Source of the DNA: Candidatus Dojkabacteria bacterium
Lineage (GTDB): Bacteria; Patescibacteriota; Dojkabacteria; SC72
Direction of reading: 5' to 3'
Assembly (NCBI GenBank): GCA_012842045.1
Contig: DUTP01000001.1
Span: 28,534 to 92,533, forward strand
DNA: 64,000 bases
The notes under the pieces were generated by a model, which saw only the letters and a program-made list of their open reading frames with translations, ran no database searches and was not told the origin of the DNA. Each line of letters begins with the position of its first letter. Position 1 is the first letter of the stretch. Both the position numbers and the translations under genes were made by a program. This document shows positions 1 to 10,308 of this stretch, one piece after another.

Positions 1-1
1 A

Positions 2-397
2 ATACTACTTGAAGCTTTAAATGAACCAAATACTATGTGGGAAGAAGCTAAGGAAAGAAGTCTTCTTGAATTAAGACAGTCTGTAAGACCGGAATTACTT
101 AACAGATTTGACGACATTATTGTCTTCGAGCCACACGATGCAAACAAGCTTAGTCAAATTGCTGTATTAGAGTTAAATACTTTAGCAAAAAGACTTGCAG
201 AAAAAGACATCACAATCAAATGGGCAGAACAGATACCTATGTTAATTGCTAGTAAATCAAATGTACCTGGAATGGGTGCAAGACCAATGAAAAGATATAT
301 ACAAGATAAGATAGAAGGGCAGATAGCAAAAGGAATTATAGAACAAGAGATAAAGCCTGGACAGGAAATCAATATTCCTGAAAGTTGGATTATATAA
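2..397 (+). CDS. Clp-family AAA+ chaperone/protease ATPase (ClpC/ClpB-type), C-terminal fragment; 5' end lies outside the window
   Basis: Open frame from nt 2 with no stop; the segment LLNRFDDIIVFEP matches the conserved D2 small-domain motif (RPEFLNRIDEIIVF) of Clp/Hsp100 ATPases. Confidence 0.65.
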   Translation: MLLEALNEPNTMWEEAKERSLLELRQSVRPELLNRFDDIIVFEPHDANKLSQIAVLELNTLAKRLAEKDITIKWAEQIPMLIASKSNVPGMGARPMKRYIQDKIEGQIAKGIIEQEIKPGQEINIPESWII

Positions 398-462
398 ATA
401 GAGATTGATAAATCTAAGAAAATTCAATATAATTGTCGAGTTAAGATATAGCATAAATAAAA

Positions 463-621
463 ATGGGTGCACTTCCAAAAAGAAGAATATCAAAAGCAAG
501 AAAAGGCAGAAGGAGATCACATAACGCATTAAAGCTTGAAGGTGTCTCAAAATGTCCTAAGTGTGGAGTACTAAAAAGGGCTCACTTTGAATGTAAAAAT
601 TGTGGTACTTATAAAAAATAA
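463..621 (+). CDS. rpmF: 50S ribosomal protein L32
   Basis: 52-aa [27 protein letters not shown]...CPKCG...CKNCG. It has the L32 N-terminal motif and a zinc-ribbon CxxC..CxxC. It is absent from the ORF track because it is under 60 aa. Confidence 0.85.
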   Translation: MGALPKRRISKARKGRRRSHNALKLEGVSKCPKCGVLKRAHFECKNCGTYKK

Positions 622-623
622 CA

Positions 624-1073
624 ATGAAGAAATCAACTGACCCTAGACATTTAGCAAGAGTATTAGCTCTACAAGAGCTTTTTACTAAATATTTTGCAGA
701 AGAAAGTCTTAAAACAGACCTAATTCCTCTCGAAGATCTTTTGGCGATTGATGATATTGAAGAATATGACAAAGAACTCTTTGAGAAGATTACAACAGGT
801 GTAGCAGAACAAGTCGAAGAAACTGACAAGATAATTGTTAAATATGCTCCACAATGGCCAATTAATCAAATGAAATTGGTAGACTTACAGATTTTAAGAA
901 TTGCCATCTTTGAAGGATTTATAGAAAAAATCACACCTCCAAAAGTTGCAATAGATGAAGCTATTGAAATAGCCAAAGAATTTGGAGGGCAGAGTAGTGG
1001 TAAATTTGTAAATGGAGTACTAGGTGCTATATATGAAGAAGAAAATAAAGAGAAAGGAGAAAAGACAGAATGA
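624..1073 (+). CDS. nusB: Transcription antitermination factor NusB
   Basis: [13 protein letters not shown] near the N-terminus and [13 protein letters not shown] ... [25 protein letters not shown] are typical NusB motifs. Confidence 0.8.
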   Translation: MKKSTDPRHLARVLALQELFTKYFAEESLKTDLIPLEDLLAIDDIEEYDKELFEKITTGVAEQVEETDKIIVKYAPQWPINQMKLVDLQILRIAIFEGFIEKITPPKVAIDEAIEIAKEFGGQSSGKFVNGVLGAIYEEENKEKGEKTE

Positions 1074-1774
1074 AATATGAAGAAATAGAAAAAAAAATAG
1101 GAGTAAAGTTTAGTAATAAAGACCTACTTAAGAATGCTTTCACACATAGATCGTACCTTAATGAACATAAGGATGAGGAAATAGAAAACAATGAGAGGTT
1201 AGAATTTCTAGGAGATGCTGTCTTAGAATTAATAATCTCAGCAAATCTTTTCCATAATTATCCAGATAAAGCAGAAGGAGAGTTAACAAGTATAAGAGCA
1301 GCACTTGTTAGAACAGAGAGTATCGCTGAAGAGACAAAGAAACTTGGTCTAGGAGAATACTTAAGGATGTCCAAAGGAGAAGAAGAGAGTGGTGGAAAGG
1401 AAAAAACCTATCTATTAGCAAATCTATATGAAGCAATCATAGGAGCAATCTACTTAGAAGCTGGATATGAAGAATGTAGATCCTTCATAGATCGAACTCT
1501 TCTTAAAAAGATTAAGAGAATCATTAGAGAAGAGCTTTTTATCGACCCCAAGACAAGAGTACAGGAAATAATACAGGAAAAATTCAAGGTAACACCAACC
1601 TACGAAATAATCCAAGAAGAAGGTCCCGACCATGACAAGTCTTTTACTGTAGAAATTAGAAGAGGTAGAAAAGCAATCGCAACAGGAGTAGGGCAGAGTA
1701 AACAGAAAGCTGAAGAAGATGCAGCTAGGAATGCAATTGAAATACTTGAAGATGGAAGTAGAGATAATTCTTGA
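1070..1774 (+). CDS. rnc: Ribonuclease III
   Basis: RNase III signature [13 protein letters not shown] plus a C-terminal dsRBD (KxxLQE..Q.. pattern). ATGA start/stop overlap with nusB. Confidence 0.9.
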   Translation: MKYEEIEKKIGVKFSNKDLLKNAFTHRSYLNEHKDEEIENNERLEFLGDAVLELIISANLFHNYPDKAEGELTSIRAALVRTESIAEETKKLGLGEYLRMSKGEEESGGKEKTYLLANLYEAIIGAIYLEAGYEECRSFIDRTLLKKIKRIIREELFIDPKTRVQEIIQEKFKVTPTYEIIQEEGPDHDKSFTVEIRRGRKAIATGVGQSKQKAEEDAARNAIEILEDGSRDNS

Positions 1775-1807
1775 ATTATATAAGTTCTTTTGATAGAATT
1801 CAGTCCT

Positions 1808-2104
1808 ATGTTAAAAATAAGATTAAAAAGAGTAGGTAGAAAAAACGATCCATATTACAGAATTGTTGTTATGGAGAGTTCTCAACCTAGAGATGGCCGA
1901 ACAAAAGATGAGATTGGTATCTACAATCCACGACTTAACCAGTTTGAGGTGGATGTTGAAAAGGCAAAAACATGGTTAGAGAATGGAGCACAACCTTCTG
2001 ATACCGTTGCTCAATATTTTGTGAAAGCTGGCATACTCAAAGAGCTTAAAAGAGGCTCTACAAAGCCAAGCACAAAGAAAAAAGACAAAAAGCAAGAAGA
2101 GTAG
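1808..2104 (+). CDS. rpsP: 30S ribosomal protein S16
   Basis: MLKIRLKRVGRKNDPYYRIVV matches the S16 N-terminus. The track ORF begins at an upstream TTG (1790); the ATG at 1808 gives the canonical S16 start. Confidence 0.85.
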   Translation: MLKIRLKRVGRKNDPYYRIVVMESSQPRDGRTKDEIGIYNPRLNQFEVDVEKAKTWLENGAQPSDTVAQYFVKAGILKELKRGSTKPSTKKKDKKQEE

Positions 2105-2143
2105 TATAATATTTTATCTAAATAATATTTTACCTATACTAGA

Positions 2144-2452
2144 ATGAAAGAATTGCTCGAGCATATTGTTAAATCCATCGTCAATGAGCCTGAAAAGGTT
2201 ATTATTGAAGAGAAAGAGAGCGTTGATTTTCCAGGATTAACAATTTTGACCGTTGATGTCGCAGAAGGTGACAAAGGGGTTGTAATTGGAAGAAAAGGAA
2301 GAACAATCAACGCTATTAGAGACTTAATTACTATCCATGCTATTAGAATGGATAGAAGAGTTAGGGTACTCATCAAAGATGATGAAAAGAAAGAAAAAAC
2401 TGAGAAGGAAACAAACGTTGAAGATGATAGTATCTTCAATGATGAAATTTAG
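2144..2452 (+). CDS. KH-domain RNA-binding protein (YlqC/UPF0109 family)
   Basis: GxxG loop motif VIGRKGRTINAIRDL of type II KH domains. Conserved position immediately downstream of rpsP. Confidence 0.75.
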   Translation: MKELLEHIVKSIVNEPEKVIIEEKESVDFPGLTILTVDVAEGDKGVVIGRKGRTINAIRDLITIHAIRMDRRVRVLIKDDEKKEKTEKETNVEDDSIFNDEI

Positions 2453-2455
2453 TTA

Positions 2456-3187
2456 TTATAAATCAGTATCACCCGCTAGTCTAAGTGCTTTTTCTCTAAA
2501 GATACCAACCACATCAGAATAGTCCGTATACGCTTTAAAAGGTTTATACAGGTTAACTATTACATTTTCCTCTTCCAATATATAATATCCTGTTAGATTT
2601 AACTCTACTTCCCACCTATTATCACCTCTACTTTCAAGAGTAATATTCTCAGGAGAAACAATATACGGAGAGGAGGTATAAAAGCTATCTAAAAAAGATA
2701 ATACATCCTGTAACTTACCAGAGTATGCTAATGGTCCATTAACTCCTTTATATTTTGAATCCCCCTTAGAAGCAGAATCTTCACCACGCGGAGAAGTAAC
2801 ATTAACATCTCCCACTGATATGACTTCCGAAGAAAGATTCTTTTCATAAGCAAGTTCATCTATATAATAAAGGAAGTTAGATACCTTTAATGTTTTTGGT
2901 ATAACACTTTTTGCATCAGTCAGATCAGCCAACATAACACCTTCATCTATTCCATTCACAGCCTCTCTTAAAGATAACATTTGTTCCTGCTTCCTTTTAA
3001 TCTCTGTTAGTTCCGCCCTTAAATCAATGGCATTTCGCAACATAGGTATGAAAACAAAAATAGCTACAAATATTAATATAATAGCAACGATAATAGGTAC
3101 TATTAAATCCTTTACCTTAAGCTTCGTTCCCTTTATTTTCTCATCTATACCCTCTATTTCTCTACGGATATTACTCTGCTTTTCCAT
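2456..3187 (-). CDS. pilO: Type IV pilus assembly protein PilO-like (bitopic membrane protein)
   Basis: Short cytoplasmic N-terminus, single TM (IVPIIVAIILIFVAIFVFIPML), coiled coil, then a periplasmic domain. It lies directly downstream of the pilM and pilN-like genes. Confidence 0.55.
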   Translation of the reverse strand: MEKQSNIRREIEGIDEKIKGTKLKVKDLIVPIIVAIILIFVAIFVFIPMLRNAIDLRAELTEIKRKQEQMLSLREAVNGIDEGVMLADLTDAKSVIPKTLKVSNFLYYIDELAYEKNLSSEVISVGDVNVTSPRGEDSASKGDSKYKGVNGPLAYSGKLQDVLSFLDSFYTSSPYIVSPENITLESRGDNRWEVELNLTGYYILEEENVIVNLYKPFKAYTDYSDVVGIFREKALRLAGDTDL

Positions 3188-3921
3188 TAATTTTCAATAT
3201 TAATATTATCTCTTCCAACAGAATCTTTTCTCATTGTAACCCTAAATTCGAAGGAAGACTTTTCTTCTTCATTACTATCCAAGCCTTTAGAAACAGAATC
3301 TAAAACCACAGATTCAACCTTAGAATCTGTGGAAAGTAAATGCCAAAATTTTGCGACACATTCCAAGGTAGAACATTCTCCCTTAAAAAAAACAGAGGTG
3401 TCAGAGGTGAAAACAAAATTAGTTAACCTAGTATTACCATTTCTAATAGCAATAGAAGAGAAATGGTCAAAAATATCCTTGACAGAATACTGACTAGAGG
3501 AAATATCCTGGTATAAAAAGATTCTTCTTAACAGCTCTTCATTTGCTAATATTTTCTCACCTAGAACAGAAGCCTCTTCTTCATACTGTGTTAATTTCTT
3601 CTTCTCGTTCTCAACTTGCAACTTCGTAAGAGTAGAAAAAGCAACAACCACAAATGTAATCATTAAAAAGACCACAATACTAAGTATCGCTGTGAGATTT
3701 AACTTGCCCTTTTTCTCTTCCTTAGCAACTTCAGATTTTGTCATTATAGGGACAAGATTAATTCCATCTTCTGGAGTCAACATAGAAAAAGCTGCCTCCT
3801 TTTTCTCACTCTTCTTCTCTTCCTCTCTTATCTCTCTTTTTTCAGAAATCCTACCCAGTAAAGAAGGTCTCTTTTCTTCTTCTGTCTTATTCTGCTTTGT
3901 TGGAATCTTGGTATTAATCAT
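3187..3921 (-). CDS. pilN: Type IV pilus assembly protein PilN-like
   Basis: N-terminal GINLVP motif (INLLP-type PilM-binding peptide), single TM, coiled coil. Overlaps the pilM stop. Confidence 0.55.
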   Translation of the reverse strand: MINTKIPTKQNKTEEEKRPSLLGRISEKREIREEEKKSEKKEAAFSMLTPEDGINLVPIMTKSEVAKEEKKGKLNLTAILSIVVFLMITFVVVAFSTLTKLQVENEKKKLTQYEEEASVLGEKILANEELLRRIFLYQDISSSQYSVKDIFDHFSSIAIRNGNTRLTNFVFTSDTSVFFKGECSTLECVAKFWHLLSTDSKVESVVLDSVSKGLDSNEEEKSSFEFRVTMRKDSVGRDNINIEN

Positions 3922-4945
3922 CTCTTAAAGCTAAACCTATTGCTACAGAATAGGAAGGAGCTCCTTTTCTAGCAATATCTTCAAAATTTGCATCTATCTG
4001 AATATTATTCCATGGATTTGCTAAAGAAACATTTGCATTTAAACTCTTGGCTATATACTCACTGATACCAGGGAGAAGGGCACCATCACCACCTAAAATA
4101 TAGTCAGATGGTGATATCGAAAGAGTTCTGCTTTTATAGAATTCCATCCCCCTTCTTACTTCTACCAATATGGACTCTATTATTGGTGTTAGAACAGAGT
4201 AAATCTTACCCTCTAATACATTAGGTACCACACCATAATTTCGCTTAAACTCTTCCGCTCGCTGATTATCAAAATTAAACTTGTTAACAATAGCTTGTGT
4301 TAATGAATCAGAGCCAATTGCTATGCTTTGTGAGAAGACAAGATACCCATCTGCAAGAATACTCATATCTGTATTATTAGCTCCAAAATCTAACATAACA
4401 GCAGCCTTCTTACCAGTAGACCTATATATAGCTCTGCCCATAGCTAAAGACTCTGTTTCTATGGCTAAAAGATCTAATCCTGCCTCACTTGCTATCTTAA
4501 CGTAAATCTCAACAACCTTACTAGATGCTGCAACCACCAAAACTCTAGGGGCATTCCTCTCTGTGTTAAAACCTACTGGGATATAATCCATCATAACTTC
4601 ACTCAATGGTAGAGGAATGTACTGCTTAGCCTCATAATAGACTGCTTCTCTCATCTCCTCCTCTTTCACACCAGGTAACTCCAAGAACCTAGTAAAGACT
4701 GAAAATTCCGGTAATGCCATAACTACCTTAGAGTTTTTTATCCCAGATGCCTCATACAGCTTCTTTAAAGAATCTGCTAATCTCTTCTGGTCCGTTGGAT
4801 CTTCGCTATTTACAGCCCCCTTAGGTGTAGCCTGCGAACCTAAATTAACCAGTTTTGGATTCTTGGTTGAAATACCACTAAGTTCAACAGCCTTTACAGA
4901 GTGTGTACCAAAATCTATTCCAACATGATCGGGCAGTGTTGCCAT
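3914..4945 (-). CDS. pilM: Type IV pilus assembly ATPase-fold protein PilM (actin-like)
   Basis: N-terminal VGIDFGTHSVKAV actin/HSP70-fold phosphate-1 motif and the size (343 aa) are typical of PilM. It heads the pilMNO cluster. Confidence 0.75.
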   Translation of the reverse strand: MATLPDHVGIDFGTHSVKAVELSGISTKNPKLVNLGSQATPKGAVNSEDPTDQKRLADSLKKLYEASGIKNSKVVMALPEFSVFTRFLELPGVKEEEMREAVYYEAKQYIPLPLSEVMMDYIPVGFNTERNAPRVLVVAASSKVVEIYVKIASEAGLDLLAIETESLAMGRAIYRSTGKKAAVMLDFGANNTDMSILADGYLVFSQSIAIGSDSLTQAIVNKFNFDNQRAEEFKRNYGVVPNVLEGKIYSVLTPIIESILVEVRRGMEFYKSRTLSISPSDYILGGDGALLPGISEYIAKSLNANVSLANPWNNIQIDANFEDIARKGAPSYSVAIGLALRDD

Positions 4946-5014
4946 GTTTAGCCAATTTTTTAAATTTATTACTTCTAATCAATATATTAACAAAAAACAA
5001 AGAACTTTCAAATA

Positions 5015-5416
5015 TCAAAGAGACTCTCCTTCACCCAAGTATCTTTCTAACTCTTTTGCCAGGCCCTGATAATCTAAGTCTGCTTTCACTAAATATGAGG
5101 ATGCACCCAGATTAAAAGACTCTCTAATCACAGATTCACTCGTCATATTTGTAAGTATTATTACAGGAGCTTCTCCATACTTCACCTTATCAGCTCTCAT
5201 TGCTTTCAGAACCTCTAAACCATCCACACCAAGCATCATTAAATCTAAAAGAACTAAATCTATTTCTTTGTGACGTTTTCCTAACACATCAAGAGCTTGA
5301 TACCCATCAGAAACAGGTATAACATTGTACCCAGCTGTTTCGACAATCTCTTGATACGACTCCAAGAGTTCCTTCTCATCTTCAACTATTAAGACTGTTT
5401 TATCTGACTTTGCCAT
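5015..5416 (-). CDS. Single-domain response regulator (CheY-like receiver)
   Basis: Receiver-domain motifs: VLIVEDE acidic pocket, phospho-acceptor Asp in LVLLDLMM, a conserved T and K (SYLVKAD). ATG start at 5416 is preferred over the TTG at 5455 used by the ORF track. Confidence 0.75.
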   Translation of the reverse strand: MAKSDKTVLIVEDEKELLESYQEIVETAGYNVIPVSDGYQALDVLGKRHKEIDLVLLDLMMLGVDGLEVLKAMRADKVKYGEAPVIILTNMTSESVIRESFNLGASSYLVKADLDYQGLAKELERYLGEGESL

Positions 5417-5444
5417 ATTAACTTTATATATTAAATTTATATAT

Positions 5445-6179
5445 TTACCACTCAATACTCTCTGTTGTTATAATTGCTTGTCTATATATTTCCCTGTTAA
5501 TCGGAGCTCCTTTTGCAAAATACCAGTGTACTGGTTGAGCTACCATATCTACCTGTATTATCTTGTTTATAGCATCTTCTCCATGTATCCTATATTGAAA
5601 AGAAAAATCTTTTATATTTATAGCTTTAGAGTTTAATACCATTAAAGCATCATTATTCCCAAGATCTCCAAAACAACCCTTTGCCGTATAATCTTCTCTG
5701 TTCTTTGTAACCTTCAATATATATCCCATTAGTACATCTTGGCCTTCATCATCCTTCTTTTTCTCTACATCCCACGAAAGTCCTTTATAGTAAGCAATAC
5801 AGACCCAATTCTGAGAGCCTTGTGGTCTAAAATGTATTTCGTTACCGGACTGGTTAGGACCAACACTTTCCCACTCTTCAGATGAACTTTGAGAATGCAC
5901 CCTTCCTGTCCGTCTATTATATTTCCTTTCACCTTGACTGTTATATATACTAACATGCTCAGGGTTACTGCTTTTAATATTTCTTCTTAGTAGCTCCAAA
6001 ACAAATTCAGAATCGTTTCTGGCGGCTGTTTTATTTGTTGTTACAACAGATACTTTTATTAGTGTAGTTAAAACAAGTGCAACAATAACCATAATAAAGC
6101 CTACGATAAATGTTGTTATTATCATTTCCAGCAAACTAAACGCTTTATATTTTGTTTCTCTTTTATATATATTATTCAT
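5445..6179 (-). CDS. Prepilin-type N-terminal cleavage/methylation domain protein (minor pilin or pseudopilin)
   Basis: N-terminal class III signal KAFSLLEMI followed by a hydrophobic helix; the Glu at +5 is conserved. Confidence 0.65.
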   Translation of the reverse strand: MNNIYKRETKYKAFSLLEMIITTFIVGFIMVIVALVLTTLIKVSVVTTNKTAARNDSEFVLELLRRNIKSSNPEHVSIYNSQGERKYNRRTGRVHSQSSSEEWESVGPNQSGNEIHFRPQGSQNWVCIAYYKGLSWDVEKKKDDEGQDVLMGYILKVTKNREDYTAKGCFGDLGNNDALMVLNSKAINIKDFSFQYRIHGEDAINKIIQVDMVAQPVHWYFAKGAPINREIYRQAIITTESIEW

Positions 6180-6786
6180 CCTCTAAAGGTATTATTGTTT
6201 GATAAACATAATCTTTAACATTTCCTGACTTTGTTATTTTACCATCATAATTTAATTCTCCTACAACTATTTTAACTGATATATATTTCTCTCGAATACC
6301 AGAAATTCTTTCCATACATGCCAACCTAAAGAAGGGATATTGTTTATTAGTAACGTCTTTATCGTAATGCATCGTACAATGCCCCCTGTTTTGAACAGAA
6401 CCGTTTACAAAAGGATCTGTACAAGTATTAAATTCTACTGACTTAGCAAATTCGAACATTTGAGATTCTTGAGACTGGGTATCATTACTTTTGACTATTA
6501 CATAACATTTAGAGATATCTTTGAGAGAATCAGGAGATGGGAAGTAAGCAAGAGACCCTTCTCCAGAAAAACCTAATTCTTTTTGCTTCTCATACAACTC
6601 CTTGACTATATTACCACCCTCTACAGCAAACTGTGTGATTCTGTCAATCTTATCATTCTGCACAGCTTCTATTAACGCACTAGCTGCTATTCTCATTAAA
6701 ACAACAGAGCTAACACCTACAATGATAATAGATATTAATGCTTCTACAAAACCCAATGCATTGTATTTTTTGTTTTTTTCCTCCAT
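6172..6786 (-). CDS. Prepilin-type N-terminal cleavage/methylation domain protein (minor pilin or pseudopilin)
   Basis: N-terminal ALGFVEALISIIIVGV, a G-F(T/V)xxE motif with hydrophobic helix. Confidence 0.65.
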   Translation of the reverse strand: MEEKNKKYNALGFVEALISIIIVGVSSVVLMRIAASALIEAVQNDKIDRITQFAVEGGNIVKELYEKQKELGFSGEGSLAYFPSPDSLKDISKCYVIVKSNDTQSQESQMFEFAKSVEFNTCTDPFVNGSVQNRGHCTMHYDKDVTNKQYPFFRLACMERISGIREKYISVKIVVGELNYDGKITKSGNVKDYVYQTIIPLEDE

Positions 6787-6790
6787 TTAT

Positions 6791-7534
6791 TTAATTTGTA
6801 CTTATCTCCATCATTCCTGACATATGTTGGATAGTTAGACTTCTCACAACACCTCCTCTAAGGGGTTTAATAGTTATAACTAAGTCATATATTTCATCAG
6901 CGAGAGGTATATCGTCACCTATTGGCATATAATTTATTAATTCCCCATCTAAATTATAGAAGAATGCCTTACCTGTCACAGATTCAAAAAGAACATAACC
7001 CAACTCCTCACCTTTTATTTCCGTACTAGTTCTAGATTTTGTAGTTATTGAAATAACACTTCTTGGTGGTTTGAGGTCTAAATATTTTCTAGGGATATAG
7101 AGTCTTCTTTCTTCTAAGCTATAACAAGCATCCCCATTACCTTCCGTGTTTGGAAGGTTACGTTTGTTTGGTTCATATCTAGTATACCCAGGGACAGAAC
7201 CTGTTGTCCTACTATTGCCATACTCTGAGAAAGGAGAGCACCATTTAAAAACTCTATAAGCACCAGAACCACCATCTTCATTCATCTTAGTAAAATCAAT
7301 ACCTATACCGAACAACCAATTTTCTCCCTGTTTTCTATCTAGTAACATAGCATCTCTCTGTATTCTCCGAATATCTTGTTCCAATGAATTTATATATTCA
7401 TTAGTTCTCATAACAACCTGCATTTTTTGATATGACGCTAAAGACAAAGAACCTAGGATAATAAGCACACTAATAACTATTAACATCTCTATCAATGTGA
7501 AAGCCGTATACCTCTTCTCTTTAGGTGATACCAT
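6791..7534 (-). CDS. Prepilin-type N-terminal cleavage/methylation domain protein (minor pilin or pseudopilin)
   Basis: N-terminal TAFTLIEMLIVISVLIILG class III signal. Confidence 0.65.
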   Translation of the reverse strand: MVSPKEKRYTAFTLIEMLIVISVLIILGSLSLASYQKMQVVMRTNEYINSLEQDIRRIQRDAMLLDRKQGENWLFGIGIDFTKMNEDGGSGAYRVFKWCSPFSEYGNSRTTGSVPGYTRYEPNKRNLPNTEGNGDACYSLEERRLYIPRKYLDLKPPRSVISITTKSRTSTEIKGEELGYVLFESVTGKAFFYNLDGELINYMPIGDDIPLADEIYDLVITIKPLRGGVVRSLTIQHMSGMMEISTN

Positions 7535-7594
7535 AAGGACAGATTTCTAATTTACTACTTTCAATTTATCACAATTGGATAGTATTATCAATGA

Positions 7595-8344
7595 TTAGAA
7601 GAGTATTTTGGTTATTAAAAAATCCACAATTTTCTCACCATATACCACTGATATTACAAATGATACTGTAAAGCAAGGAACCATTGGTATTTTAACTCCC
7701 TTTAAGGTTTTCTTGTTAATAATGGCATAGAGTAAAGCGTAGAGTAGGGCTATGACTATCGAAAACCAAAACATTGAGAGAAAGCTTTTGTAATTCATAG
7801 ATATACCTAAGCCTACTAGTAGTAGTATATCTCCCATCCCAAAAGAGTTTTTCATAACAATCATTAAGACTAGAAGCATACCTACAATAGAAGCCATAGC
7901 TATGAGAGAGGCTGTATTTAGGTTAAAAAAGAGAAAGATTAAGAGAGTTAGAACAAGAAATATATGTGTTAATACTTTAGGTACACCTCTGTAAAGAATG
8001 TCATAGAAGGAGAGAACGAATAGAAAAAGGAAGAGTATCCAGTAGTAGAAAGGGATAGAGAAGAGATAGAAAAGAAGAAAGGTCGTACCTAGTAATAACT
8101 CAGAAAGAGGGTAGTATATGTTGACTTTGTCATCACATTTAGAACATCTTCCTTTGATAATAACATATCCCAGTATTGGTATTAGTTCGTACCATTTTAA
8201 TTTCTTCTTACATTTTTCACAGTAAGATGATTGAGTAAATATCTTTGGATATCTCACCTGTTTCTCAATTCTATATATTGTTGCATTGATATAGCTAGCT
8301 AGAGATGCACCTAAGAAGAATATACAGAGATATATTATTACCAT
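7595..8344 (-). CDS. pilD: Prepilin peptidase (A24 family, PilD/TadV-like) with N-terminal zinc-binding tetracysteine
   Basis: Polytopic membrane protein. Cys pairs CEKCKKK...CSKCD occupy the position of the PilD zinc finger. Embedded among the prepilin genes. Confidence 0.75.
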   Translation of the reverse strand: MVIIYLCIFFLGASLASYINATIYRIEKQVRYPKIFTQSSYCEKCKKKLKWYELIPILGYVIIKGRCSKCDDKVNIYYPLSELLLGTTFLLFYLFSIPFYYWILFLFLFVLSFYDILYRGVPKVLTHIFLVLTLLIFLFFNLNTASLIAMASIVGMLLVLMIVMKNSFGMGDILLLVGLGISMNYKSFLSMFWFSIVIALLYALLYAIINKKTLKGVKIPMVPCFTVSFVISVVYGEKIVDFLITKILF

Positions 8345-8419
8345 ATTCCATTATATCCATAGTTATTTAAAAGGGAAACCCCTCCGAAGAGGGGTTAAGA
8401 GTGACAAATTACTTTATAT

Positions 8420-9031
8420 CTATTCGTTTGGAGGTTGTACAGGATCAATTCCTTGCCCACCAGAAAAACTCTTTGTCTTTGAATTCCACTTTGAGGCACA
8501 AGTACCACTACCTAGATTAATTATTTTCCCATAAATAGAACTAGCATCTGCATTATACTCATACTTCTCTAATGATATAGCATTTGCCCCTGATGCAGTA
8601 TTAGCAGTACAAGCAGGCCCAATATTATTAAATCCATTACCTACACAAGCAACACCTTTCTTACCACTATCCCCAAAATTTCCTAATGTAACACATACAA
8701 TCACGGACTGATTCTGACCATCAACAAAGTAGTAATACGTAGCATCAGTACCACCCTTAAATGATCCCATATCTAAATATTTAATCAATTCTCCAGAAGA
8801 AGAAAGCATGTTCTCAAAGCTAGATCCCCCATCAGGAAACTTCAAATTATCAGTATAGTAAGCTTGCAAAGCCTGGTATAACTGTGTAGCACCATTCTTA
8901 TGAGAAATCTCATTTGCTCTATCAATAGCAAATCTACCTGCTGCTACACCTACCGCCATGAGAATAATTAAGATTCCCATAACAATAAGCATTTCAATCA
9001 ACGTAAATGCCTTATATGATTTTCTATTCAT
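8420..9031 (-). CDS. pilA: Type IV pilin (candidate major pilin)
   Basis: N-terminal KAFTLIEMLIVMGILIILMAVGVAAG class III signal plus hydrophobic alpha1 helix. 203 aa with C-terminal Cys residues. Last gene of the pilus operon, with its own putative promoter. Confidence 0.65.
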   Translation of the reverse strand: MNRKSYKAFTLIEMLIVMGILIILMAVGVAAGRFAIDRANEISHKNGATQLYQALQAYYTDNLKFPDGGSSFENMLSSSGELIKYLDMGSFKGGTDATYYYFVDGQNQSVIVCVTLGNFGDSGKKGVACVGNGFNNIGPACTANTASGANAISLEKYEYNADASSIYGKIINLGSGTCASKWNSKTKSFSGGQGIDPVQPPNE

Positions 9032-9053
9032 ATATTTTATATATAAATTTTAA

Positions 9054-9096
9054 TTTAACTAATTATAAATTACAAAACTTAACACCTTATGTCAAG
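9054..9096 (-). promoter_or_regulatory. Putative sigma70-type promoter upstream of the pilin gene (perfect TTGACA -35 box)
   Basis: Minus strand reads TTGACA, then 17 nt, then TAATTT, then a TATAAT-like run, about 40 nt upstream of the pilin ATG and immediately after the pilC stop. Confidence 0.3.
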
Positions 9097-9097
9097 A

Positions 9098-10306
9098 CTA
9101 ACCCATTACCTGAGATAACTGGAACATTGGCAGGTAAACAGATAGGGCTATAAAACCGACAGCCAAGCCCATTATCACTAAGAACATCGGTTCTAGGGCA
9201 GAGGACAGATTAGTCGTTGCATTATCAACTTCTTCCTTGTAGTAATCTGCAACCTTGTTCAAAACCGCATCCAACTCCCCTGTTTCTTCACCAACAGACA
9301 TCATACTACTCACGAGTAGGGGGAAGTATTCACTTCTAGCGATTGGAATTGCAATCGGACCTCCTTTTTCCACCTCTGTTCTTGCACTAAGAACTACATC
9401 CTTAAAAACAGTATTGTTTAAAGATTCCGCTGTTAACTCTAATGCTTTAATAATGGAGAGACCACTACTCAAAAGTAAGGCTAGAACTCTTGTGAACTGC
9501 GATAACTGTATTTTAGAAACAATATTTCCAAAAATAGGTATCTTTAACAATAGTTTATCCGTTGTTTTCCTACCTTGTTCTGTACTTCTGTAATACTTAA
9601 ACCCAACAAAGAGAAGTACTAAAACTAGAAGTATTCCCCACCAATATTTAATAAAGAAATCACTTAAAGACATTAGAGCTCTTGTCACCCAAGGTAACTC
9701 TGCATCAAAGTCATTATAAATATCTGACATAGCTGGTACTAAGATAAACATCATCATCAGAACAACAGCTATGATAACTAAAAGAATTATAGTAGGATAA
9801 ATCATAGCAGACCTAATTTTCCTATTTAGAGCATCTTTCTCCTCTAATTCTGTTGCTAATTTATCTAAAACAACATCCAAATTACCACTCTCTTCACCAG
9901 CTTCAATAAGATTGAGCGTAATACTATCAAAAACATCTTCTTGCTCTCTAAATGCAACAGACAAAGGCTTACCTGATTGTACAGAATCAAGAACACTCTT
10001 CAGAGTTCTTTGAAACATTTTATTACCTGACTGCTGAATCATTATCTCAAGAGATTTAGTTAGAGAAAGACCTGCTCCTATCATTGTCGCCATCTGTCTC
10101 ATAAACACAACTTTCTCCTTCATTGGAATACCTCCAATATTTATCTCTGCAAGCCTCTGCAAATCGAAAGAATTCTCTTTGACTGAAACAACCACCAGAC
10201 CTCGATCATGTAAGATATCTGCCACAGATAATTCATCTCTAGCCTCAATTTCTCCAGCAACTTCTTTTCCTGCCTTATCTCTAGCAGAATATTTAAACTT
10301 TTTCAT
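9098..10306 (-). CDS. pilC: Type IV pilus inner-membrane platform protein PilC (GspF family)
   Basis: 402 aa with two repeated GspF-type cytoplasmic domains and three TM segments. Sits between pilT and the pilin. Confidence 0.85.
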   Translation of the reverse strand: MKKFKYSARDKAGKEVAGEIEARDELSVADILHDRGLVVVSVKENSFDLQRLAEINIGGIPMKEKVVFMRQMATMIGAGLSLTKSLEIMIQQSGNKMFQRTLKSVLDSVQSGKPLSVAFREQEDVFDSITLNLIEAGEESGNLDVVLDKLATELEEKDALNRKIRSAMIYPTIILLVIIAVVLMMMFILVPAMSDIYNDFDAELPWVTRALMSLSDFFIKYWWGILLVLVLLFVGFKYYRSTEQGRKTTDKLLLKIPIFGNIVSKIQLSQFTRVLALLLSSGLSIIKALELTAESLNNTVFKDVVLSARTEVEKGGPIAIPIARSEYFPLLVSSMMSVGEETGELDAVLNKVADYYKEEVDNATTNLSSALEPMFLVIMGLAVGFIALSVYLPMFQLSQVMG

Positions 10307-10308
10307 TC

